Assembly (NCBI GenBank): GCA_965226885.1
Contig: CBDDEL010000016.1
Location: 576,001-640,000 of the forward strand
DNA length: 64,000 nucleotides
From: Opitutales bacterium
GTDB lineage: Bacteria > Verrucomicrobiota > Verrucomicrobiia > Opitutales > UBA2987
Reading direction: 5' to 3'
In this document: positions 11,337 through 23,417 of the stretch, one piece after another
Layout of the letters: each line of letters starts with the position of its first letter
How positions within the stretch are numbered: position 1 is the first letter of the stretch
Notes under the pieces: model-generated
What the model was told of the DNA's origin: nothing
Seen by the model: only the letters and a program-made list of their open reading frames with translations
Databases searched by the model: none
Made by a program: the position numbers and the translations under genes

Positions 11337-12903
11337 CCCGGATATTTCATGAAGGGTAAAGTTTGGCTCGTTATTGCTATTGGAGATGGATTTCTTTGTA
11401 TTTTGAGCAGATCGTCTTGATTTTTAGGTGTTTTTCAGGGTGTAGAGACACTGCCCCCTTTCCCCCATTGGTTCGGTAGTGCCGGGGGCAGCACCAATGC
11501 ACCCTTTAGGTTGGCACCAATCGGCGGGCCGCATGGTTGAAAAGACTGGCCCAAGGATAACTCTCACTTAGGTGAAAGTGAATCGTTCGGGTGTTGCGCA
11601 CGATGACCGCTCCGATCTTGATTAATTTGAGCCGCAGGGTGTGGCATTGGGCCCGCGCCCACTTCGTCCCTTTTAAGGCTAACCGGCGCATGGCTTCCAT
11701 CAAGGTGTAGGCCAGCGCCGACAAGAGCAATCGCCACTGATTGGCCCACCATTGATGGGCGCTGGTGCGCTCGCTGAACAATTGCATCTGTTCCTTGATT
11801 CGGTTCTCCATTTCACCGCGGCCACAGTATACCTTGTCGTAAAGCTCCTGGGGATCGCCCGGCAGGTTCGTCACCACGAAGCGCGGGTTGGACCCCTGTG
11901 CGGTGTGTTCGGCTTTATGGATGACCAACCGCAGCCATCGCCACGAATCGGCAGCATAGACGAAGTCCTGGAATAACCGTTGTTTTTTACCCCTTAGTTC
12001 GAACCATTCTTTGGCCTGCTTTTGCAACTGCTGGGCGTCTTGCTGCAAGCGTGCATTGCGAGCCATCCCCACGATGTAACTAACTTCGTTGCGGTCGCAC
12101 CAAGAGAGTATCCGGTCTCGACAAAATCCACTGTCGGCGCGCCAAATAATCCGCGTACGGGGCCAGCTTTGGCGAATCCGTTTAACCAGCAATTTGAGGA
12201 TGGCCCCGGCATGCTTGCTGGCATCGATCTTGCTCGGCCGCAGGTAGGCCACCAGCAGCTGATCACCGCAAAAAACATATAGCGGCAGAAAACAGTAATG
12301 ATCATAATAACCGTGGAAAAAACGTCCCTCCTGGAGCCCGTGCACCGGATTGTCGGTGCCGTCAAAGTCCAGGATGATCTCTTCGGGTTCCTCGGCAAAG
12401 GAGCCCATGAACTGTTCGACCAACAGCTCGTTTACCGCAAAGGCCGCCCGCCGATCCTGCCCGTTTTCAAAACGACACAAAGTCGGCGCGCTGGCCAACG
12501 TTTCAATGCGCCCCGTTACCGTTTGCAACAATGGATCGTGGCGCAGGGTATCAAAGTCGTTCAAATCCTCATAGCCCGCCACCAGCCCGTAAACGCGCTG
12601 CCGCAGCATCCCCAATACCTCATGGCGTACTTTGCCCTTCTGCCGTTTGTCCACTAACTGTCGGGCCGCTCGTTCGGTCAAGCCCAACTGCCGATCCACT
12701 TCCCGGATCAAAAGCAGTCCGGCATCCGAAGTAACCTCTCCGCCCTTGAAATCAACCCGCACACGGCGGCCTTTTACCCTTGTCAACTGTAGCTTTAATT
12801 GTTTACCTTTTGTCATCGCTGATATTGCTTTAATTATTGATCTATCCTGCTGTATATCAGCAGTTAAGCATATCAACGATACTTTTTTTACGAAATATCC
12901 GGG
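11337..12903 (-). mobile_element. IS1380 family element, complete (transposase 11506-12876)
   Basis: 1567 bp with IRs CCCGGATATTTC; motifs TSDAGLLL, GYEDLNDFDTLRHDP, RADSGF, RGEMENRIKE. Confidence 0.93.
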
Positions 12904-13307
12904 CTAACCGGCGCATGGCTTCCATCAAGGTGTAGGCCAGCGCCGACAAGAGCAATCGCCACTGATTGGCCCACCATTGATGGGCGCTGGTGCGCTCGCT
13001 GAACAATTGCATCTGTTCCTTGATTCGGTTCTCCATTTCACCGCGGCCACAGTATACCTTGTCGTAAAGCTCCTGGGGATCGCCCGGCAGGTTCGTCACC
13101 ACGAAGCGCGGGTTGGACCCCTGTGCGGTGTGTTCGGCTTTATGGATGACCAACCGCAGCCATCGCCACGAATCGGCAGCATAGACGAAGTCCTGGAATA
13201 ACCGTTGTTTTTTACCCCTTAGCTCGAACCATTCTTTGGCCTGCTTTTGCAACTGCTGGGCGTCTTGCTGCAAGCGTGCATTGCGAGCCATCCCCACGAT
13301 GTAACTA

Positions 13308-15124
13308 GAGGCTGTCCCAAAAGGGTGATTTTTGCGAGGGCTTTTGATAGGCGCTCATTTTAGAGGTATTTGCATTTGGGAGAGTATCAACTTTGCTCTC
13401 CTATGACGTTAGGATACTGGTTTTGGGGTCCGGTTGCCTGGTTTTCTTTGTATGAGCCGACAGTACGGCTGTGAAAAAGTATTGTCCTTGCTTTTCCGCT
13501 CTCTAGGCCGCCGCTTTGGTTTTTAGTTCGTCTTGCTGGGCCAGCATCTTGGCTACTTTCCATAGGTTGTGCGAGAGTACCGACCAGGCTACGCTGATCG
13601 AGCGGTTGGCAAAGCCTTTGCTGCGCAACCGCCCGGCCTGCCAGCGATTCTTCAATACCCCGATCCGCCCTTCGGTGCTGGCCCGGCGCTTTTGCAATTG
13701 TCTGAACAGTGGTTCCTCCATCCGTTTTTTCAACTGCTTCGGATCGCGTGGACAGAGCGCGTCGTAGATTCCCTCCTGGGCTAACTGCCGGCGGGCCCGC
13801 TGGGAGGCAAATCCCCGGTCCGCGCACATGGCCGCTATGGGTTCTTCCAGGTTGAAGCGGTTCTGTCTTTGCAAACTCTCTTGCATTTGTTCATTTTCGC
13901 TTGGAGTTCGGCTGCCGTAGAGTTTCCAGTCCAGCAGGTACCCTTCAACGCTTTCTCCCAAAAACAGGGTGTTGCCGAACTCGACCTCTTGGCCCGCTTT
14001 ACCTCGCACAATCACCTGCCCATCGAGTTCGTAAACACTCAAGACTTTCTCTGCGTTTTTCACCTGGCGGCCGCCAATGATCCGCTCGTGCGCCTGTTTG
14101 ATGACCACCGGGATTTGCTCGCTCATGCGCTCCATCCGGGCGAGGATCTGTTGGACCTGTTTTTCGCTGTAATCGCTTTGCTCCCAGCAGGCTTGCAATA
14201 ATTCCCGGTGACTGCGGGCATGCTCCCCGATCCGTTTGAGCAGCTTTTTCATCTGCCTCAAGATACCCTTGCGCTGCCGCGCGCTGTCCTTTCGCCGCCG
14301 GCTGTGGGTCATCTGTATGCACAGCCGATTCATCTGCCGAGCCAAGGGCTCCGGTTCGATCGGCATGCGATGGCGCAAACCGGCCTTCTCGCGGATCAGC
14401 CGGATCGCTTTGAGCAACGTGCCGGCTACATCCTTGAGTAATACCCAGTCCGTCGGCCAATGAATGTTAGCCTCCAAACAGGTGCCGTCGATCAGGCAAA
14501 TGGTGGTGTCAATCGGCTTGTCCAATCCCACCTGCCGGGCCAGAAGGGCATCGCCCACCACCTCAGTCAAGGTCCGGTGCAAGGCCCTCAACTGCTCTTC
14601 GCTGAAAAACTTCGAGGCCCGCTCCAGGGTGCTTTTGGAGATGCCCCTGATGCCATCGATCTGCCGGACACGGCAAAAGTCGGCCAACAGATCGCTGCTG
14701 CCCAGAGCCCGCGACAAATGCCGAAACGAAATCCCTCCGAGCAGACGGCCCAGCGTATCCATGCGCAGTGCCTTGATGGCAAAACTGGCCCGCTGCCGCC
14801 GGGCCTTTAGACCCATTGGCGGCCACCCCTCCAAGGCCAGCTCAATGGCCTGCGATTCCACCTCCGAGTCGATCAGCAGCCGATCGATTCGATCAATGGT
14901 GGCGCGGAAGTTATCGTAATCGAGGCACCGGTCGACCACAGTTAAAGCTGGACGCAGGAGGCATTGGATGGCTATATTTTTCATAGAAAGGGCTATATTG
15001 ATTTTCGCTAACTCAATTATAGAACCCTTTTTTGGCCGGATCGAGCAAAAACTTGCTCTTTCCGGCTCTTTCTATCAACGTCATCCAGTTGACTATAAAA
15101 TCTTTATATTTTTGGGACAGCCTC
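13308..15124 (-). mobile_element. IS-A copy 2 (transposase 13503-14984, 493 aa)
   Basis: 1817 bp; TAACTA duplicated on both sides; motifs IDGTCLEANIHWPTD, ADRGF, TEGRIG. Confidence 0.93.
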
Positions 15125-17386
15125 TAACTAACTTCGTTGCGGTCGCACCAAGAGAGTATCCGGTCTCGACAAAATCCACTGTCGGCGCGCCAAATAATCC
15201 GCGTACGGGGCCAGCTTTGGCGAATCCGTTTAACCAGCAATTTGAGGATGGCCCCGGCATGCTTGCTGGCATCGATCTTGCTCGGCCGCAGGTAGGCCAC
15301 CAGCAGCTGATCACCGCAAAAAACATATAGCGGCAGAAAACAGTAATGATCATAATAACCGTGGAAAAAACGTCCCTCCTGGAGCCCGTGCACCGGATTG
15401 TCGGTGGCGTCAAAGTCCAGGATGATCTCTTCGGGTTCCTCGGCAAAGGAGCCCATGAACTGTTCGACCAACAGCTCGTTTACCGCAAAGGCCGCCCGCC
15501 GATCCTGCCCGTTTTCAAAACGACACAAAGTCGGCGCGCTGGCCAACGTTTCAATGCGCCCCGTTACCGTTTGCAACAATGGATCGTGGCGCAGGGTATC
15601 AAAGTCGTTCAAATCCTCATAGCCCGCCACCAGCCCGTAAACGCGCTGCCGCAGCATCCCCACTCATGGCGTACTTTGCCCTTCTGCCGTTTGTCCACTA
15701 ACTGTCGGGCCGCTCGTTCGGTCAAGCCCAACTGCCGATCCACTTCCCGGATCAAAAGCAGTCCGGCATCCGAAGTAACCTCTCCGCCCTTGAAATCAAC
15801 CCGCACACGGCGGCCTTTTACCCTTGTCAACTGTAGCTTTAATTGTTTACCTTTTGTCATCGCTGATATTGCTTTAATTATTGATCTATCCTGCTGTATA
15901 TCAGCAGTTAAGCATATCAACGATACTTTTTTTACGAAATATCCGGGTTAGCCTTGGCCAATGCCTTACTGACTAACCATCCCTACCTCCTGAAACCGGA
16001 GAGTCGCCGTTCACTCAGATCCTTGATGGCGGAAACTGACCTGCCAGAGCCAAATGCTTTTCCGCAAGCGCGTTTCATCAAACTTCTCGAATCGGTCCAA
16101 ACCACGATTCCGGTCATTTGGGAAAACGGCGTCAAACCCAACATAGCCTCGCTGGGTGCCGTGTCTTTACCCGGAGATCGCGGAGGCATTCTATTTCAAT
16201 TCTCAAAAGGTCAAGACCCAATAAGCTTCAAGACAACTACTGCGTTCAAGACAACTACTGCGGACCTGGCCTATATTGAAAAATACCTAACCATCCCGCT
16301 TGCCTCATCGGGAACGACCTGGACCCTCCTCACCCTCGAAAACGTGCCTGACGGGCTCACCTTCCTTTACGCATCCTTGGAGCAGGAGGACGGCAGCATA
16401 ACTTCCTATCCCTTCCAGGTAACCGCCCCCAAGCCAGGCCGTTTGCAACTGACCGTTTTATCGGACGACACCGCCAACCCCACCCCGGCCATGATTCAAC
16501 TCAAGTGGCTCTTCGACGGCAGCCTTCGATCTCCCCATAACGCCCTCAATATGGCACCGCAATTCGATTCGCAGGCACAGGCCCACAACCGGCCCGCAGG
16601 AAGCAGATTCTTGCAACTTCCCGGTATTCCCAAAAGCGATTATTGGATCGTACCCGGCCCCATCGACATGATGATACCTCCCGGCCAATGGCAAATCTCC
16701 ATCTTGCGGGGACTTGAGCACTTGCAGGTAATCGATACCGTCTCGATCTCCTCGGGAGAAACCGTCAAAAAGACTTATAAACCCAAACGTTGGACCAATA
16801 TGGCTGCAAAGGGCTGGTATTCCGGTGACGACCACGTACATGCCCAGATAATGAGCCAAAGCGATGCGGACAACCTCATGCAATGGGCAATGGCCGAAGA
16901 TCTCAGGATCGTCAACCTACTCGAAATGGGCGACCATGAACGCACCTATTTCCAGCAGCGGGCATTTGGAGAGCAAGGACGTATCCATAAAGACAATACC
17001 ATTTTGGTTCCAGGTCAGGAGGACCCGCGAATTGGATACCTGGGGCATACCATTGCATTAAATATTACGATGCCTGTGCGCGACACCACCAAGTATTTCC
17101 TCCACGACTGGGTTTACGACCGAGTCCATGAGCTGGGAGGACTATATGGTTATGCCCACGTCAACCGGGAAAAATTCACCATCCACCGCGACATGAGCCT
17201 GAATATCCCCAAAAATAAAGTAGATTTCGTGGAGCTGCTTCAGTTTAACATCCTGGGCACCAGGCTATATTACGATTTTCTAAATTTAGGGTATAAAGTT
17301 ACGGCATCTGCTGGGTCTGACGTACCTTGGGGAGCTACTATGGGAGAGGTCCGCGTCTATGCTTTCGTGCAGGACAAAGACTTCAC

Positions 17387-18883
17387 CAGCGATGACAAAA
17401 GGTAAACAATTAAAGCTACAGTTGACAAGGGTAAAAGGCCGCCGTGTGCGGGTTGATTTCAAGGGCGGAGAGGTTACTTCGGATGCCGGACTGCTTTTGA
17501 TCCGGGAAGTGGATCGGCAGTTGGGCTTGACCGAACGAGCGACCCGACAGTTAGTGGACAAACGGCAGAAGGGCAAAGTACGCCATGAGGTATTGGGGAT
17601 GCTGCGGCAGCGCGTTTACGGGCTGGTGGCGGGCTATGAGGATTTGAACGACTTTGATACCCTGCGCCACGATCCATTGTTGCAAACGGTAACGGGGCGC
17701 ATTGAAACGTTGGCCAGCGCGCCGACTTTGTGTCGTTTTGAAAACGGGCAGGATCGGCGGGCGGCCTTTGCGGTAAACGAGCTGTTGGTCGAACAGTTCA
17801 TGGGCTCCTTTGCCGAGGAACCCGAAGAGATCATCCTGGACTTTGACGCCACCGACAATCCGGTGCACGGGCTCCAGGAGGGACGTTTTTTCCACGGTTA
17901 TTATGATCATTACTGTTTTCTGCCGCTATATGTTTTCTGCGGTGATCAGCTGCTGGTGGCCTACCTGCGGCCGAGCAAGATCGATGCCAGCAAGCATGCC
18001 GGGGCCATCCTCAAATTGCTGGTTAAACGGATTCGCCAAAGCTGGCCCCGTACGCGGATTATTTGGCGCGCCGACAGTGGATTTTGTCGAGACCGGATAC
18101 TCTCTTGGTGCGACCGCAACGAAGTTAGTTACATCGTGGGGATGGCTCGCAATGCACGCTTGCAGCAAGACGCCCAGCAGTTGCAAAAGCAGGCCAAAGA
18201 ATGGTTCGAACTAAGGGGTAAAAAACAACGGTTATTCCAGGACTTCGTCTATGCTGCCGATTCGTGGCGATGGCTGCGGTTGGTCATCCATAAAGCCGAA
18301 CACACCGCACAGGGGTCCAACCCGCGCTTCGTGGTGACGAACCTGCCAGGCGATCCCCAGGAGCTTTACGACAAGGTATACTGTGGCCGCGGTGAAATGG
18401 AGAACCGAATCAAGGAACAGATGCAATTGTTCAGCGAGCGCACCAGCGCCCATCAATGGTGGGCCAATCAGTGGCGATTGCTCTTGTCGGCGCTGGCCTA
18501 CACCTTGATGGAAGCCATGCGCCGGTTAGCCTTAAAAGGGACGAAGTGGGCGCGGGCCCAATGCCACACCCTGCGGCTCAAATTAATCAAGATCGGAGCG
18601 GTCATCGTGCGCAACACCCGAACGATTCACTTTCACCTAAGTGAGAGTTATCCTTGGGCCTTGTTTTGGTAAAGTCTTTTCAACCATGCGGCCCGCCGAT
18701 TGGTGCCAACCTAAAGGGTGCATTGGTGCTGCCCCCGGCACTACCGAACCAATGGGGGAAAGGGGGCAGTGTCTCTACACCCTGAAAAACACCTAAAAAT
18801 CAAGACGATCTGCTCAAAATACAAAGAAATCCATCTCCAATAGCAATAACGAGCCAAACTTTACCCTTCATGAAATATCCGGG
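17387..18883 (+). mobile_element. IS1380 copy lacking its left end, with a 12-nt insertion causing a premature stop
   Basis: Identity to the other copies begins at CAGCGATGACAAAAGG; TTGTTTTGGTAA is inserted at 18661-18672. Confidence 0.88.
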
Positions 18884-18955
18884 CTAACCCTAAAGGTGCT
18901 CAGACCATCGAGTATCATCAGTTGAACTGCCTCAATTTAGGAGAATCTCGTGCTA

Positions 18956-19156
18956 GATTGGTGCCAACCTAAAGGGTGCATTGGTGCTGCCCCCGGCACT
19001 ACCGAACCAATGGGGGAAAGGGGGCAGTGTCTCTACACCCTGAAAAACACCTAAAAATCAAGACGATCTGCTCAAAATACAAAGAAATCCATCTCCAATA
19101 GCAATAACGAGCCAAACTTTACCCTTCATGAAATATCCGGGCTAACCCTAAAGGTG
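18956..19156 (+). repeat. Duplication of the IS1380 right end plus 15 bp of flank
   Basis: Repeats 18698-18898 (GATTGGTGCC...ATCCGGG CTAACCCTAAAGGTG). Confidence 0.88.
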
Positions 19157-19595
19157 AAAGCTAGAGCTTGGGGACATCCCGATCGCCTGACTCCTACCCG
19201 TCTCGAAATCGTCAAACATGGAGAAGTCATCAAGTCGGCCACTCAATCCGGCTCATCACACCATGAACTGCGACTCGAATTCGATCTGGACCCCGGAATG
19301 GGTTACTGGTTGGCTGCTCGGGCTTATGCCAATGATGGATCAGCCGCCCATACAACTCCCATTTATATAAGCCGTCCCCCCTTTCGTTTCTGGGATTATG
19401 ACCAGGCCCTTAGCCTGATCGACCGGCAAATGAGCAGCCTGCAGGAAATCGAAGATAAGATCCATTCCGTTATGGCTTTGCCCCAATCAAAGCCCTCCGC
19501 AGATTCCCTAAATGCAGAAAGCGGATCTCTCATTGGACTATGGTATGGCAACTCCAACCTGATGCGCCCCAAGGAAGTGGATACCTTCAAATTTC

Positions 19596-20397
19596 GGTAG
19601 TGTATTAAGTAGGAATGGTGGCTAATTCTTGATTATATTGATGAATGAAAAGTCTCAGACAGGTTTCATGCATACTCTTAAGCTTGGAAAAGGAGAGGGT
19701 TTTGCGTGTGAAACGACCCAGTCGTTGGCGCAGGGTATTGTTCCATCGTTCCACATGGGCCGTTTCACCGGTTTCTTTTCCCACGGAGCGGTTATGAGGA
19801 AAGACTTCATCATAAGTGCTCCAAAAGTCGCTGTAGGTGGCACATCTTTTGTAGGCCCGTGGCAGACGCTCGTAAAGTTCCCGGCAACGATACCAATCCC
19901 GAGGCCCAATGGCATAGGAGAGGATTTGACGGGTGCGTCGGCAAAGAGCGATCCAAACCCATTGGGCATCGCTCTTGCGCCCCACAAAAGACCACAGTTC
20001 GTCCAGTTCAATGACATCATGGCGGCGGGCCGCAAGAATCGTGCTTTTGAGCGGTCGCAGCGATTGTCGTTTTTTTTAACCAACTCAAAACGGTGTTGGG
20101 ACTCACCCCGAAGGCGCGCTGTAAACCGCGTAGACTGCTGCGTTCCTGATAGACTCGAAGGATCATTTCTTTTTGCTCTTCGGTGTATTTCACTGTGGGG
20201 TTTTCGCGGCTTTGTTTACCACAATCATGGCAGCGGTAGCGCTGTTTATGGTTGGGCGTCTTGCCAAATTTAATGATATTTTCACTTCCACAGTGCCGAC
20301 AATTAATAATTTTAGTAACCATGCACTAAGAATAAACTGCCTAACGCTATTTGTACAGCTAAAAATACAAAATAACATTCTTTTTTTATACACTACC
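19596..20397 (-). mobile_element. IS1 family element copy 1 (insA 20017-20322, insB from 19605)
   Basis: IRs GGTAGTGTAT; 8-bp TSD CAAATTTC; zinc ribbon CRHC...CHDC; A8C frameshift window. Confidence 0.93.
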
Positions 20398-20898
20398 CAA
20401 ATTTCCAGGGCAAACGTGGCCTCAAAATAGTGAACGTGGCGGGAATTGGTCGGCTAAGTGGAAAGGTATTCTGACCCTGCCCCCCGGCGCCCCCCAATCC
20501 ATCAATCTTTTTATGGATTCCAGTGGGTCGGCAAGCCTTTACATAGACGGCCAGGCTATCATTCAAAAAGAGGCTCGGGGAGAAGAATCGGCCCCCATTC
20601 AACTTCAGCCCAATACTCCTTACGAAGTCGAGTTGATTTATATGAATCAAAATCCGCCACGAAGCTACCTCAACCTCTCATGGAGCGCAAACGGCATCGA
20701 CAAGCAACCCATTCCATCCGCATGGTTCGCCTACCGCAAGCAAGACCATGCCGCTGTTCAACATGCCGTTGAAATTGAAGTCGACACCTTCCAACTCCAG
20801 GAACAGGCAGAAAACCTCTTAGACAGTGTAGAAGAAGCTCGCCTCGTCTATCGGGGCCTACGCGCTAAATGGAGGAAAGAAATGCCGCATCGCGAAAG

Positions 20899-22225
20899 TG
20901 ATGTGCACTGGAAAAAGTGGACACGAGATTCTCCTAAATGGAGAATCGAAGCATGGGAAGAAGACGCTTTAGTATAGAGTTCAAAAATGAGGCAGTTCAA
21001 CTGATGATACTCGATGGTCTGAGCGCCACCGAGGTATCGACCAAACTTGGGGTCAACACCAACCAATTGTATAGGTGGAAGAGGCTCTATCTGGACGATC
21101 AGCAGGGCGAAGCCACCTCAAAGCGACAGAGCAGTCCGAAGGAGATGGCGGCCGAGATAGATCGTCTTCGCAAAGAGCTGCGCCGCTCGGAGCGGATCAA
21201 CCAGATACTAAAAAAACGGTGGGCTACTTTGCCAAGGACGAACAATGAAGTACCAGTTTGTCAAAGACAACGAGGGGCGCTTCAAGATCGAGGAAATATG
21301 CTCGGCGATGGGGATTTGTCGCAGTGGCTATTACTGCTGGAGGCACCGAGCGCCCTCGGCCCGGCGGATCGAGGACGAGGGAATCAAGGGGGCGATCCTG
21401 AAGGTACACAAAGAGGCCAAGGGCCGCTATGGGCATCGGCCAATGCACCGCCATCTGAAGGATGATGAGGGCATCGATTGCGGCCGTGACCGGGCTCTGC
21501 GTCTGATGCGTGAAATGGGAATCAAAAGCACCCAGAGTAAACGCTTTAAGCCATTAAAAACCAACAGTAACCATCCCTATGGTTACAGCCCCAATGTGCT
21601 TAAAAAGCATGGCCAGCCGACCCATATCGACGAGGTCTGGGTGGCGGACACGACCTACCTACGGACCCTGGCCGGTTGGATGTACTTGGCCACGGTGATG
21701 GACCTGTTCAGCCGACGCCTGCTGGGCTGGAGCGTTTCCAACCACAACGACGCGAAGCTGGTTGGCAAGGCCCTCAAAGCCGCGGCCATGACCCGCGGCA
21801 CACTGCGCACCGGGATTATTCATCACAGCGATCGGGGCAGCCCCTACGCCAGCGACGACTATCAGAGGCTGGTCTCTGAACTAGGCATGAAGCCGAGCAT
21901 GAGCGCCCAAGGCAACTGCTACGACAACGCGGCCATGGAATCGTTCTACGGCCGCTTCAAGACCAGCACGATTCGAGGCCGCCACTTTGCCGACGAGCGC
22001 GAACTGCGATCAACTGTCTTCGAATACGTGGAAATCTTCTACAACCGATATCGCAAACATTCCTCTCTGAGTTACCAAAGCCCAGTCCAATTCGAGGAAA
22101 ATATTTGCCCCCCATGGGGGGCAACGAGAAAACAAAACCCTTTACCAAAACAAGCCGCCTGACACACTAATCAATAAACAATGAATATAAGAGAATCCCG
22201 TGTCCAACAAATCCAGTGCACATCA
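20899..22225 (+). mobile_element. IS3-A copy 2 (orfB 21245-22162; orfA frameshifted at A7)
   Basis: Near-identical to copy 1; flanks AAAG and GGGG do not match. Confidence 0.92.
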
Positions 22226-22279
22226 GGGGATCATAAAGGATTGCCCTTCCAAATGGATGCGGATTAGTTTCCTTTCCAG

Positions 22280-23203
22280 ATGAGTTTTGACTCAAAATTG
22301 ATTAGAAAAAAGGATTCCAAGTTCGGGCGAGTATTAGCGACAGTCTTGTTGGGCTTTATAGTTGTTTTCTTCATCTACCCTTCCCAGGCCCAAAAATATG
22401 AAGAAAAGCCGAAATCAACCACAACAGCGAGTGCACCTCCTGAGTTCAATAAGTCCTGGATTGTTCCGGACTTGGGCCTGGAAATGGCCTGGATCGAGCC
22501 GGGGAGCTTTACGATGGGCAGTCCGGCCAGCGAGAAGAATCGGGATGATGATGAGCGTCAGCACCAAGTGAGTCTGACGAAGGGATTTTGGCTGGGAAAG
22601 TATGAGGTGACCCAGGGAGAGTGGGAGACATTGATGGGGAACAACCCGAGTCGCTTTTTTAAGAGTGCGGAAAAGCGGGCGCCTGTGGAGGGGGTGAGTT
22701 GGGAGGAGGCGATGGCCTTTTGCCGCAAACTGACGGAGCGCGAGCGCAGTGCCGGGCGACTGCCGCGCGGGTATGAATACAGCCTACCGACGGAGGCGCA
22801 GTGGGAGTATGCCTGCCGTGCGGGGACGCGCAGCGCCTTCAGCTATGGGAGCAGTTTGAGTTCACGCCAGGCGAATTTCGAAGGCAATTATCCCTATGGG
22901 GGAGCGAGCAAGGGGCCGTATCTCAAAAAAACCGCCCCGGTGGGAAGTTATGCTTCCAATGATTGGGGCCTTTATGACATGCATGGAAACGTATGGGAAT
23001 GGTGTTATGATTGGAAAGGAAACTATACGATGGGGACAGCGACGGACCCGGCAGGACCTTCAAGCGGCTCGGCCCGCGTGGAACGCGGCGGCAGTTGGAA
23101 CGACTACGCGAGGAGCTGCCGTTCGGCTCTCCGCGGCAGCAGCACGCCAGGCGCTCGCAGCATCCTCCTCGGCTTCCGCCTGGCCCTCAGGGCCGTTCCT
23201 TAA
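22280..23203 (+). CDS. Formylglycine-generating enzyme (SUMF1/FGE-sulfatase) domain protein
   Basis: FTMGSP, LPTEAQWEYACRAGT, GLYDMHGNVWEW, RGGSW, GFRL motifs after an N-terminal hydrophobic segment. Confidence 0.92.
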   Translation: MSFDSKLIRKKDSKFGRVLATVLLGFIVVFFIYPSQAQKYEEKPKSTTTASAPPEFNKSWIVPDLGLEMAWIEPGSFTMGSPASEKNRDDDERQHQVSLTKGFWLGKYEVTQGEWETLMGNNPSRFFKSAEKRAPVEGVSWEEAMAFCRKLTERERSAGRLPRGYEYSLPTEAQWEYACRAGTRSAFSYGSSLSSRQANFEGNYPYGGASKGPYLKKTAPVGSYASNDWGLYDMHGNVWEWCYDWKGNYTMGTATDPAGPSSGSARVERGGSWNDYARSCRSALRGSSTPGARSILLGFRLALRAVP

Positions 23204-23232
23204 AAGGGGAGCTGCCGGGCGCTGGTTGGCTT

Positions 23233-23317
23233 GTTCCAAAAGAGTTTGTGGCGGTATAAGGGTTGAATGCCCAGAATGAACAAAAAGGGAAAAAGAACTC
23301 CTGATTTGGCACCCTTC
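23233..23317 (+). repeat. Dispersed element R1, copy A
   Basis: GTTCCAAAAGAGTTTGTGGCGGTATAAGGGTTGAATGCCCAGAATGAACAAAAAGGG...GATTTGGCACCCTTC; begins 29 nt after the stop at 23203. Confidence 0.85.
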
Positions 23318-23417
23318 GACAAACTTACTTGCAAAAATCGTTAAAGATTTTATGGTAACCAATCACGGCTGCGTCGACGCTGCCTAAAATATGTTCGGCT
23401 AGCAAAGAAGGCTCACA

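Larger units (their letters stand above)
9835..15947 (-). mobile_element. IS1380 host copy carrying three nested elements
   Basis: Ends CCCGGATATTTC; matching TTAG TSD at 9831-9834 and 15948-15951; transposase in fragments with a 4-bp deletion near 15662. Confidence 0.9.
9678..20898 (+). pseudogene. Secreted CehA/McbA metallohydrolase with PA14-like domain, split into four segments (9678-9834, 15952-~17393, 19142-19595, 20406-20898)
   Basis: Removing the ISs and TSDs gives in-frame joins MKFFSAPLLL...HSGVL|ALANALL and DTFKF|PGQTWPQ...WSAKWKG. Motifs GWYSGDDHVH, SAGSDVP, AHTTPIYI and PA14-like LYIDGQ...LNLSWS. Confidence 0.88.

Noticed and set aside
23233..23317. R1 as an integron attC, dif site or intrinsic terminator
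   Set aside because: No RYYYAAC/GTTRRRY pair, no XerD arm and no GC hairpin followed by a U tract.
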